Shown here one piece after another: positions 56,379 to 64,000 of a stretch of 64,000 bases of DNA (position 1 is the stretch's first letter; each line of letters begins with the position of its first letter). The position numbers were made by a program, and so were the translations under genes. The DNA lies in NCBI GenBank assembly GCA_963714085.1, contig OY970229.1, positions 1,248,001 to 1,312,000 of the forward strand. The letters are read 5' to 3'. The stretch is from an uncultured Candidatus Micrarchaeota archaeon (GTDB taxonomy: Archaea; Micrarchaeota; Micrarchaeia; Anstonellales; Bilamarchaeaceae). The notes under the pieces are model-generated. The model was given only the letters and a program-made list of their open reading frames with translations. It searched no databases and had not been told where the DNA came from.

Positions 56379-58211
56379 CTATCCTTTCACGACCCCTATC
56401 GGCCTGAGCCTTGCGACAATGTCGCTTATTCCGGCGTCGGCCACGCTCTGCACAACGTCATCAACGTTCTTGTACGCGTCTGGCGCCTCCTCCGCGACCA
56501 CTTTCGGCTCAGTCGCCTTCACATAGATGTGGTTCTTTGTCCAGAGCTCTTCGGTGAGGCTCCTGCCGTTGTGCGTCCTTATGGCCTCGCCCCTGCTCAT
56601 GGTGCGCCCTGCACCGTGACACGTTGTTCCCCAGGACACTTCCAGACCCTTCGGCTTCCCTACCAGCACGTAGCTCGCGGTCCCCATGCTTCCTGGGATG
56701 AGCACCGGCTGGCCTATGGAGCGGAAGGCGGGCGGCAATTCAGGCCTTCCGGCCGGGAATGCGCGCGTCCCTCCTTTCCTGTGTACAATGAGCTTCCTCC
56801 TCTTCCCGTCGACATCGTGCTCCTCGAATTTGGCGATGTTGTGCGCCACGTCGTAGAGCAGGCTCATGTTGTCCGACGTCCCGTTGCCGAACACCTGGTC
56901 GAAGGTCTCCCTCACCCAGTGCCCGATGATGTGCCTGTTCGTGAACGCGTAGTTGACCGCGCACCTCATGCCCCCCATATAGGTGTCCGCCTCCGGGGTC
57001 TGCATCGGCGCGTAAACCAGCTCCCTGTCCGGAAGCCAGAGGTTCCTTTTCTGCGCGAGATTGAGCAGCGGAGGTATGTTGTCAGAGCATATCTGGTGGC
57101 CGTAACCCCTGGAGCCGCAGTGCACCATCACGGTTATCTTGCCTTCTTCCAATCCGAACGCTTTGGCAACGCGCTCGTCGTATATCTTCTCCACGACCTG
57201 GGTCTCCAGGAAGTGGTTGCCCGCGCCGAGCGTGCCGAACTGGCTCTTCCCCCTCTTCTTTGCCGTGGGCGTGACCTTCTTCGGGTCCGCGCCCTCGATC
57301 CTGCCGTACTCCTCGCAGTGCTCCTTGTCCTCCTTCCTGCCATATCCCTTGGCTATTGCCCAGTCCACTCCTTCCACGACCGCCTGGTCCAGCTCCTCGT
57401 GGGAGATGCGCAGCTTGCTCTCCGAGCCGACTCCGCTCGGAACGTTCACGAAAAGCTTGTCGCATAATTCCCGGATCTTCGGCTGGACCTGGCCCAGTTC
57501 GAGTCCTGTCTTAAGCAGCCTGACTCCGCAGTTCGAAACCACGAATCCGTTGGCTATGAAATTGTGGGTCTTCGGCACTGTGAAGTCGTAAACCGTATTA
57601 TTACCGTGGACTTCTACAATGCGGTCTACCTCGTCCGTGTAAAAACCATCCTCGTTCATGAGGAGCGAGCTGCCGATGCTTATATCTTTCGCCAGCGTCT
57701 TCCCCTGCGGTGTGAAAAACGGATGCTCCTCGGTCGCGGCTATCTCGCTTCCGCATTCCGTATAAATCCTGAAAACCCGTTTCCTGCTTTTAAATCTCAT
57801 GAAAAACGAGGGATAAACCGATTCGAGCGTGCCATTGTCAACAGTATAAAGTTCGTACTGTTTCTTCGGAAAACTCTCTATGGTCCTAAAACCATCCTCG
57901 GTTGATATCTTTGTTTCGCCCGGCAGGCAGTTTATGTCGTAACCGACCCCCCCAGGACTCACTATCCCCGTCTCCGCGTCGAACGCCGCGACCCCGCCTA
58001 TCGGGAACCCGTATCCCTCGTGGCCGTCCGGTAATAATATCGCGTGCTTCACGATGCCTTCCAGCCCGGCGACATTCCTGAGCTGCTGCATCGTCCGATC
58101 ATGCTTCATCCCCTCTATTATCTTGTCATTCGCCAGAATGTAGGCGGGCGCCTTCATGTCGCCCTCCTTCTCCATGCGCCATATCGCCTTTTCGACCTGT
58201 GTCAATTCCAT
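56379..58211 (-). CDS. rtcB: RtcB RNA-splicing ligase containing an intein
   Basis: PDGHEGYGFPIGG, GYDIN[intein]CGVR, GAGNHF, HCGSRG, HNIAK, HRKG, CHGAGR. Confidence 0.95.
   Translation of the reverse strand: MELTQVEKAIWRMEKEGDMKAPAYILANDKIIEGMKHDRTMQQLRNVAGLEGIVKHAILLPDGHEGYGFPIGGVAAFDAETGIVSPGGVGYDINCLPGETKISTEDGFRTIESFPKKQYELYTVDNGTLESVYPSFFMRFKSRKRVFRIYTECGSEIAATEEHPFFTPQGKTLAKDISIGSSLLMNEDGFYTDEVDRIVEVHGNNTVYDFTVPKTHNFIANGFVVSNCGVRLLKTGLELGQVQPKIRELCDKLFVNVPSGVGSESKLRISHEELDQAVVEGVDWAIAKGYGRKEDKEHCEEYGRIEGADPKKVTPTAKKRGKSQFGTLGAGNHFLETQVVEKIYDERVAKAFGLEEGKITVMVHCGSRGYGHQICSDNIPPLLNLAQKRNLWLPDRELVYAPMQTPEADTYMGGMRCAVNYAFTNRHIIGHWVRETFDQVFGNGTSDNMSLLYDVAHNIAKFEEHDVDGKRRKLIVHRKGGTRAFPAGRPELPPAFRSIGQPVLIPGSMGTASYVLVGKPKGLEVSWGTTCHGAGRTMSRGEAIRTHNGRSLTEELWTKNHIYVKATEPKVVAEEAPDAYKNVDDVVQSVADAGISDIVARLRPIGVVKG
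57531..57929 (-). mobile_element. Mini-intein (133 aa) in RtcB
   Basis: Starts CLPGETKI; block B ATEEHPF; ends VYDFTV..HNFIANGFVVSN followed by extein Cys; no LAGLIDADG domain. Confidence 0.92.
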
Positions 58212-58309
58212 GAGTGTCACCGCATAATTCGCTGTTATATAGTTCCTACCAACCAATATAAACGTTATCGCCCAATTACCCCATAACGACCAATGGCGGA
58301 GGAATTCAT

Positions 58310-59116
58310 ATGCGAGACTATATCAGGGCGAATGATCTTGAAGACGATACGGATGCGGTCATCAGGCAGATGAGGGACATGCTCGAGGGGAAGCTTCCTG
58401 CGAGAGCGCCGGCTAGGAGGGCGCCGCAGAGGCTCAAGGGCACGAACCTCGCGCTCACCATCGTGCACTCGCTGCGCGGCGAGATGCGGGACATCGGAGG
58501 CCTGGACGCGCCCGAGGAGCTGGTATTGGAGACGAAGCCGAAGAGGCGCGCGCCTCTAATCACCCAGAAATCGGTACCAATGCCGGAGCCGGAAGAGGCC
58601 CCTTCAGCAGAACCAGTACCGGTCGTGGAACCAATGCCTGAAACAAAGGAGCCCATAGGGCCGGAACCCGGGCCTGAGACGAAGGCGCTCCTCGCAGTAC
58701 CGCTCATAGAGCCCGAGCCCGGGCCGGAACCAGAACTCGAGCCCGAACCGCTGGAACCAGAGACGGATTTCACAGCTGCCGAGCCCGTGGGATCGAAGCC
58801 CGCGCCCATGGCGAGCGTCGAGCCGCTGTTCGAACACGAGCCGCAGAAGATGCCCGGGATAGTGGACATCCCGAAGCCGAAGACCTCCAAGCTCACCGCA
58901 GGGGACGACGAGGACGACGATGACGACGGACCTGACGAGGACGACGATGACGAAGGGGACGATGACGAGCCGGGCCCGCCTGTCAGGATGGGCAGGTCCA
59001 AGAAGATGCTGCTAAAGCTCCTCAAGCGCATCGGGAGTAAGAAGAGCGTCTCGCGCTCCCGCAAAACGACCCGGAGCAGGCCGAAATCCCATCCAGCCCC
59101 CAGGCGCAGGAAATAG
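58310..59116 (+). CDS. Low-complexity Pro/Glu-rich protein with acidic tract and basic tail
   Basis: PEPE repeats, poly-D tract, K/R-rich end; host-like codons. Confidence 0.65.
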   Translation: MRDYIRANDLEDDTDAVIRQMRDMLEGKLPARAPARRAPQRLKGTNLALTIVHSLRGEMRDIGGLDAPEELVLETKPKRRAPLITQKSVPMPEPEEAPSAEPVPVVEPMPETKEPIGPEPGPETKALLAVPLIEPEPGPEPELEPEPLEPETDFTAAEPVGSKPAPMASVEPLFEHEPQKMPGIVDIPKPKTSKLTAGDDEDDDDDGPDEDDDDEGDDDEPGPPVRMGRSKKMLLKLLKRIGSKKSVSRSRKTTRSRPKSHPAPRRRK

Positions 59117-59166
59117 GAAGATTTTAATTCATTTTAATTATTGGTTAGCATCGATATGGTGATACA

Positions 59167-60039
59167 TTGGTCCTCTGCGTAATCGCCTTCATCGTATTGG
59201 CCTTCATGTCCCTGTTCAGCGCCAAGTACCGGCCGATGGCGAAGGAGGCGTTCCGCTGCGTCTTCCTCAAGATGACGCTGCGGCCCTGCGAGAGCGGGCT
59301 GGACCAGAAGATAAAGATGAAGGTCGTTTCATCGGTGTTCGACCGCTCGCCTCCTGCCGCGCAGTTCGTCAACAAGCATTTCGAGCTTTTGTCCTGGATA
59401 TTCGTGATACTCTCGTTCGTGAGCCTTGTGCTGGTGATCCAGGGCGTGTACAACTTCTACCTCTACGGCACCTGCGACCCTGCGCATCCGAACCAGTGCC
59501 TGATAACCGGGATAATCGGCCAGCCCATATGCCCTGTATCATACGAAGGCATAGACGTCGGGCCTGCCAATGCTTCGGTGACGATAATAGAGTTCGGCTG
59601 CTTCACCTGCCCGTATACCAAGGCATCCGAGGACATGGTGGAGCAGATCCTTGCCAAGTACAACGGCAGCGTGCGCTACGTGTTCAAGACGTTCCCGATC
59701 CCGACCCACGACAACTCCGTGATAGCCGCCGAGGCGTCCATCTGCGCCAACAACCAGGGCCAGTACTGGGCGTACAGGGAGGGGATGTTCAACAACCAGT
59801 CCCTCATAGTGAGCGAGGGCGAGCCGTTCCTGCTCTCGCTGGCCGCGCAGGTCGGCCTTAACATCCCGGAGTTCACATCCTGCATGGCCTCCAATTCCAC
59901 GGCGCAGCAGGTGGCGCTCATGCAAGAGGAGGGCAACGAGTCCAACATCCGCGGCACGCCAACGTTCTTCGTCAACCGCGTGTACGTGGCCAACGCGTCG
60001 GACCTCGAGAATGTCGTGCAGCAGGACCTTGCGAAATGA
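59167..60039 (+). CDS. Membrane-anchored DsbA-like thioredoxin-fold protein
   Basis: GPANASVTIIEFGCFTCPYT, FP..H, AAEAS.CA..QG.YW, GTPTFFVN; TTG start after GGTGA. Confidence 0.85.
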   Translation: MVLCVIAFIVLAFMSLFSAKYRPMAKEAFRCVFLKMTLRPCESGLDQKIKMKVVSSVFDRSPPAAQFVNKHFELLSWIFVILSFVSLVLVIQGVYNFYLYGTCDPAHPNQCLITGIIGQPICPVSYEGIDVGPANASVTIIEFGCFTCPYTKASEDMVEQILAKYNGSVRYVFKTFPIPTHDNSVIAAEASICANNQGQYWAYREGMFNNQSLIVSEGEPFLLSLAAQVGLNIPEFTSCMASNSTAQQVALMQEEGNESNIRGTPTFFVNRVYVANASDLENVVQQDLAK

Positions 60040-60139
60040 TCCCCGCAGGACGGACTCCGTGGTGGAGCCACCGGAACCCCCGCTCGCCCGGTTTCCCAAT
60101 TCTTTAAAAACTCTTATTCCCAAGAAAGATTTGCTATTT

Positions 60140-60214
60140 GCCCCTGTAGTCTAGCCCGGTCAAGGACAACGGACTCTCACTCCGTGAACCCGAGTTCAAA
60201 TCTCGGCAGGAGCA
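60140..60214 (+). tRNA. tRNA-Glu (CTC)
   Basis: ACGGA-CTCTCAC-TCCGT anticodon arm, CCGAG-TTCAAAT-CTCGG T arm; acceptor GCCCCTG/CAGGAGC with one C:A mismatch; TATA upstream. Confidence 0.93.
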
Positions 60215-60418
60215 TATTCTCTTTATCTGAGTGCTCCCCCCTCAGCAGCAGCCAGCAACCGGTTCCCAGTCTCGGGTTTCGGGTTCTGAGTAATGGGTTT
60301 TGCACGAATTTGACACCATAATGTCAAATTTTACAGCAAGTAAAATATAGCCGGTTCAGCACAAAAATGCTGATACCAGCACGAAGCCAGATAAAGGCCT
60401 TCCACTGGAGTTGGAAAC

Positions 60419-61636
60419 ATGGCGAAAGTGGATCTATATGACTATCCGAGAAGGCTTGAGCAGGCAATTGAAAAATTAAGGGAAGAAAAAGGGGTTTGTA
60501 AGGAAAATGTCGAGGCCATAGTAACTTTTTCTAAGTTTAAACTGGCCAAAAGCTGTACGCATGGAAGGGTTGCCAAAACCGTTTATTGCCTACGATTCTT
60601 GGCAAAATGGCTCAAAAAACCTTTCAAAAAGGCAACAAAAGACGACCTGATCGCCTTAGTTGGCGATTTGGAACGGACGGATTACGCAGAATATACAAAA
60701 TACGACTATCGAGTCATTCTGAAGATGTTTTACAAATGGTTGGAAGGTAAAGACGAGTTTTTCCCGCCTAAGATTACCTGGCTAAGAAAAAGCATGAAGC
60801 ACCTTGATCACAAGCTACCTGAACAATTGATAACCGAGGAAGAAGTCCTGAAGTTGGCAGACGCAGCCATGAATCCAAGAGACAAAACGTTGATTTTGGT
60901 TCTTTATGAGACTGGTTGTAGGATTGGAGAACTACTATCACTACAAATGAGGAATGTTAGTTTTGATCAATATGGAGCCGTTCTGAGGGTTACTGGCAAA
61001 ACCGGCGATAGAAGGGTTCGAATCATCAGCTCGGCGTCTGTTTTGGCTTCCTGGATTAATTCACACCCTAAAGCAAAAGACCCGGAAGCTTGGCTATGGC
61101 TTCAATACAAAAACAATACGATAACCGATAAATGCCTGCGACATGGGACGATTTATGCAACTCTTAGGAAAATTGCCAAAAGAGCAGGTATTCAGAAGAA
61201 AATCTACCCGCATTTGTTTCGCCATTCAAGAGCCACTAATTTAGCAAATAAATTGACCGAATCGCAGATGAAGGAGCACTTCGGTTGGGTTCAAGGCTCT
61301 GATATGGCAGCGACGTATGTTCATCTTTCTGGTCGTGATGTTGATAACGCATTTTTGAAAATGCATGGCTTGGTTCCAATTGAAAACAACCGAGAAGAAA
61401 AACTGAGGGTAAGAACCTGCCAGCGCTGCAAGGAACACAATTCACCTACTTTCAAGTGCTGCACCAAATGTGGAATGCCTCTTGACGAATCTTTCATTTC
61501 AACAATCGAAAAAGAGCGTCAGAAAGGCGACAATCTCATGAACAAATTGATGGAAGATGACGAGGTCAGGAATTTTTTGCTAAAGAAAATGCTAGAGAAA
61601 GGACTAGATAAGGAATTGAACGGGGCGCAGGTATGA
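60419..61636 (+). CDS. Tyrosine integrase with C-terminal zinc ribbon
   Basis: YETGCRIGE, GKTG, YPHLFRHSRAT, FGWVQGSDMAATYVHLSGRDVD; CQRC..CTKC. Confidence 0.94.
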   Translation: MAKVDLYDYPRRLEQAIEKLREEKGVCKENVEAIVTFSKFKLAKSCTHGRVAKTVYCLRFLAKWLKKPFKKATKDDLIALVGDLERTDYAEYTKYDYRVILKMFYKWLEGKDEFFPPKITWLRKSMKHLDHKLPEQLITEEEVLKLADAAMNPRDKTLILVLYETGCRIGELLSLQMRNVSFDQYGAVLRVTGKTGDRRVRIISSASVLASWINSHPKAKDPEAWLWLQYKNNTITDKCLRHGTIYATLRKIAKRAGIQKKIYPHLFRHSRATNLANKLTESQMKEHFGWVQGSDMAATYVHLSGRDVDNAFLKMHGLVPIENNREEKLRVRTCQRCKEHNSPTFKCCTKCGMPLDESFISTIEKERQKGDNLMNKLMEDDEVRNFLLKKMLEKGLDKELNGAQV

Positions 61637-62127
61637 AAAATATCTACTCCATCGGCAAACGCCAATGGAAACTAGGGGGCAAAAACATAGGCGAGTACAT
61701 TGCCAGATGTTACGATCTTTACGAAACCAAGATGGGCAATAAATGGAAGCGCTATCTCATAAAAGTTCGCCCAAATGAAGGTGCGGATCATGCGTTTCTT
61801 TGTTGGTACACTGAGTCTTTATTATCAAAAATCGGTTTGAAATCAACTATCAATCCAACTTGGGGTGCTGATCTGGCTGTCGAATACAAAGAAAAGAAAA
61901 TATGCTTCGAAATAGAAACCGGAAAACGCTTAGACAGAATGAAACGGCGTGATATGTATGCTAGGTTTGATGAATATTCGAAGACTTATGCCCTGGTTTT
62001 CATAATCGTTCCTAATGAACGAGTAGCCAGAAGATATCGCGGATTTGGCAAGCCAGTCATAACAAAAGACAAAATAGAGGCTTTCATTCACTCTTTTTCA
62101 CTCACACACAACACTAAGGGCAGCTAG
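61633..62127 (+). CDS. PD-(D/E)xK-type domain protein
   Basis: EGADH..ADLAV..CFEIETG; ATGA overlap with the integrase. Confidence 0.7.
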   Translation: MKNIYSIGKRQWKLGGKNIGEYIARCYDLYETKMGNKWKRYLIKVRPNEGADHAFLCWYTESLLSKIGLKSTINPTWGADLAVEYKEKKICFEIETGKRLDRMKRRDMYARFDEYSKTYALVFIIVPNERVARRYRGFGKPVITKDKIEAFIHSFSLTHNTKGS

Positions 62128-62300
62128 AACGCTTGTTCCATTGTGTTCTGAAGCTTAGAACGCCTAAAGCAGTGTGTTTTGCGTGTGTTTCTTTAAAAAG
62201 GCAAAATTAGCAAAACACAATGCTTTTTGCAATTCTGCACAATGGTCTGATCGTTTGGGTATTCAACACCCCCACAAAATTTTGAGCGAAATTAGGTGAA

Positions 62301-64000
62301 TTAAGGTCTAACAATTGCGAAACGATTAGAATCAGATTTGCTTGCTGTTTTCTTCTGGATCTTTTTCTTCGTCATCAACAACCATAGCAAGATTTTCTTC
62401 GCTTTCCGTTTTTTCTCTTGCGTTTCATAGAGCAAAAGCTCTTTTCTTCTACGCGTTTCACGCTCCTTCTGCTCCTTTATCACGGTTTTCTTTGTGTTTT
62501 TACTAACTAAGGAAACCTCATTGGTTTGAAGCTTAATGATTGGCCGTGGAAAGTTAGATTGATGATTTGATTTTCGGTTCTTGGCCTTTTCTAACAATTC
62601 CTTGGTCTGAGTTTGCCGGATTTGTTTTGACTTAACTGATTTTACTTGTCTTTCCTCTTTTCGTTCTGGTTTGATCGAAGTATCGGACCTGGCTTTTCTT
62701 TTACCGAACTTGGTTTTTTGTTCTTCTGCCGCTCTGAGCACTCGACTACTTTTTTCAGTTTTTCGTGCTTCGGATTTTGGAAGTAAAGGAGTATTGTTTT
62801 TGGTCTTTTTATTATGTCTAACTACGTGGGTTGCAGTTAATCGGTTTGGATTTCGAGTCTGAGTATATTGTTTTCGTCTCGAAATCTTCTTTTTTTCTAG
62901 TTCGTACTGAGGTTGAGCTTTTCGTGATGCATGCTTGATTCTTATGTGTTTTGAGTTCTTTAGATCAGATCGTCTAGTCTCAATTACCGCAGCGGAAGTT
63001 TTTGGATGGGCTTTTCTCTTCTGAGGTCTCGGTGTTTGTAAAAGTTGTGCATCTGAGTTCTCGGTGCGTGGTTTCCGAGATTTGCGAGGTTCTCTAGTTT
63101 GTCCGGCATTTTCTTCATTCCCAATTCTATCTGTGCGGACTTCAACGCATTCTGGCTTTGTCCTGAACCAAATATTTGAAAACGACCAGCCAGCTCCTGT
63201 TTCAATCACTTCTCTTGTGTTTCCTGCCAATGCTGACGTCTCTCTTTCGCCTGATCGTCGTTCTAATACTGTTAAAATTCCATCCAAACGAATGGTCTCC
63301 TTGTTTCCCTGGATATTTGAATTGGATTGAATGGTACTGCGCGTAACTGAGAAAAGGGCTGAATCCGCAGCTCCATTAAACCAAGGGCGTGTAAGTTTTC
63401 GTTTTTGATTCTCTTCTCTTGCAATTTCAAGAATGAAACGTAATCTCAGGTCAAAATAAGCGTTATATCCATAATCATTTGTTTGAATCGAGTGATGGTC
63501 AACAAGTGCAGAAAACACTGGATGAACTCGTCTAATTTCAACGTAATCAGGTTGCCATATTTGGTTTGGGATTTGGAAACTCTGCGGTGAAGGAGAAGCA
63601 AAACTATCCTGTAAAATAGGATTGTTGAGAATAACTGAAGGGGTTTGTATGGTGAAAGTTTGTAGTTCAGTTTGGGTGGTTGGAGGACTTGCAATTAAAG
63701 GTTGCAACTGTAAACTGTTGTTATTCAATTCCTTATTTGCAGCTGCAAGAATTTTTTGTTTAAGCTCCGGAGCCTGTTTTGCAGCTTCTTCTTGTACAAA
63801 TTGTGAAATTCGATCTATATTTTCAGCACATGCAAGTTTTGGTGCCTGCCACGCTCCAACTGGATGAGAGCAACGGCCAGAAGCTGCTATGACAAAATCC
63901 AACGCCAGAGGATTGTGCGTATCGGCGACAGCTTTGATGGCCTCTTTTAGAGTTCCTTCATCGCAGGTCGTGGAAAGAGAATTAAGCTTCTGCACTCCTT
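62301..64000 (-). CDS. Hypothetical protein with long Lys/Arg-rich C-terminus; probably 5'-truncated by window edge
   Basis: Frame of at least 564 codons, open up to the edge. Confidence 0.6.
   Translation of the reverse strand, partial: GVQKLNSLSTTCDEGTLKEAIKAVADTHNPLALDFVIAASGRCSHPVGAWQAPKLACAENIDRISQFVQEEAAKQAPELKQKILAAANKELNNNSLQLQPLIASPPTTQTELQTFTIQTPSVILNNPILQDSFASPSPQSFQIPNQIWQPDYVEIRRVHPVFSALVDHHSIQTNDYGYNAYFDLRLRFILEIAREENQKRKLTRPWFNGAADSALFSVTRSTIQSNSNIQGNKETIRLDGILTVLERRSGERETSALAGNTREVIETGAGWSFSNIWFRTKPECVEVRTDRIGNEENAGQTREPRKSRKPRTENSDAQLLQTPRPQKRKAHPKTSAAVIETRRSDLKNSKHIRIKHASRKAQPQYELEKKKISRRKQYTQTRNPNRLTATHVVRHNKKTKNNTPLLPKSEARKTEKSSRVLRAAEEQKTKFGKRKARSDTSIKPERKEERQVKSVKSKQIRQTQTKELLEKAKNRKSNHQSNFPRPIIKLQTNEVSLVSKNTKKTVIKEQKERETRRRKELLLYETQEKKRKAKKILLWLLMTKKKIQKKTASKSDSNRFAIVRP

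Larger units (their letters stand above)
60215..64000. mobile_element. Left end of a second integrative element at tRNA-Glu (extends beyond window)
   Basis: Integrase ~200 nt after the tRNA; abrupt shift to AT-rich sequence; second att not visible. Confidence 0.7.

Noticed and set aside
60040..60100. GC-rich tRNA-like stretch upstream of tRNA-Glu
   Set aside because: No T-loop or cloverleaf; cannot support an RNA gene

Overview
Archaeal chromosomal window. The archaeal call rests on HARP, a Pab1020-type RNA ligase, NreA with a PIP box, a TFB-like protein, GGTGA-type ribosome-binding sites and TATA boxes. The gene style suggests a DPANN/Micrarchaeota-like host, which is inference only. A GC-rich host backbone (1-10.4 kb and 41.3-60.2 kb) is interrupted by a ~30.8 kb integrative element inserted at the 3' end of tRNA-Asn(GTT). 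The element has a 34-bp direct repeat at 10476-10509 and 41235-41268 and a tyrosine integrase beside the tRNA. It is a dense defence island: RHH plus m4C-type MTase facing a small protein and a 902-aa GHKL ATPase; C5-MTase, GHKL-nuclease and Vsr; a DUF1643-GGCT fusion; AIPR; type IIG RM; and an AbiE toxin-antitoxin pair. It also holds a five-gene operon (AAA ATPase, unknown protein, Mrr-like nuclease, beta-CASP nuclease, PD-(D/E)xK protein) divergent from a Csa3-like CARF-HTH regulator across a palindromic operator, with no CRISPR-Cas in the window. The mobility side has a membrane-anchored HerA/VirB4-like ATPase fused to wHTH and a nuclease, and an element-encoded TFB-like factor. A second related integrase element starts after tRNA-Glu(CTC) and runs off the right edge. 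Host highlights: an arginine synthetase (ArcE-like)/carbamate kinase/aminotransferase/ALDH cluster, RtcB with a 133-aa mini-intein, and a duplicated rtcB 3' end with tandem membrane-protein paralogues. All family calls come from motif recognition by eye; no searches were run.
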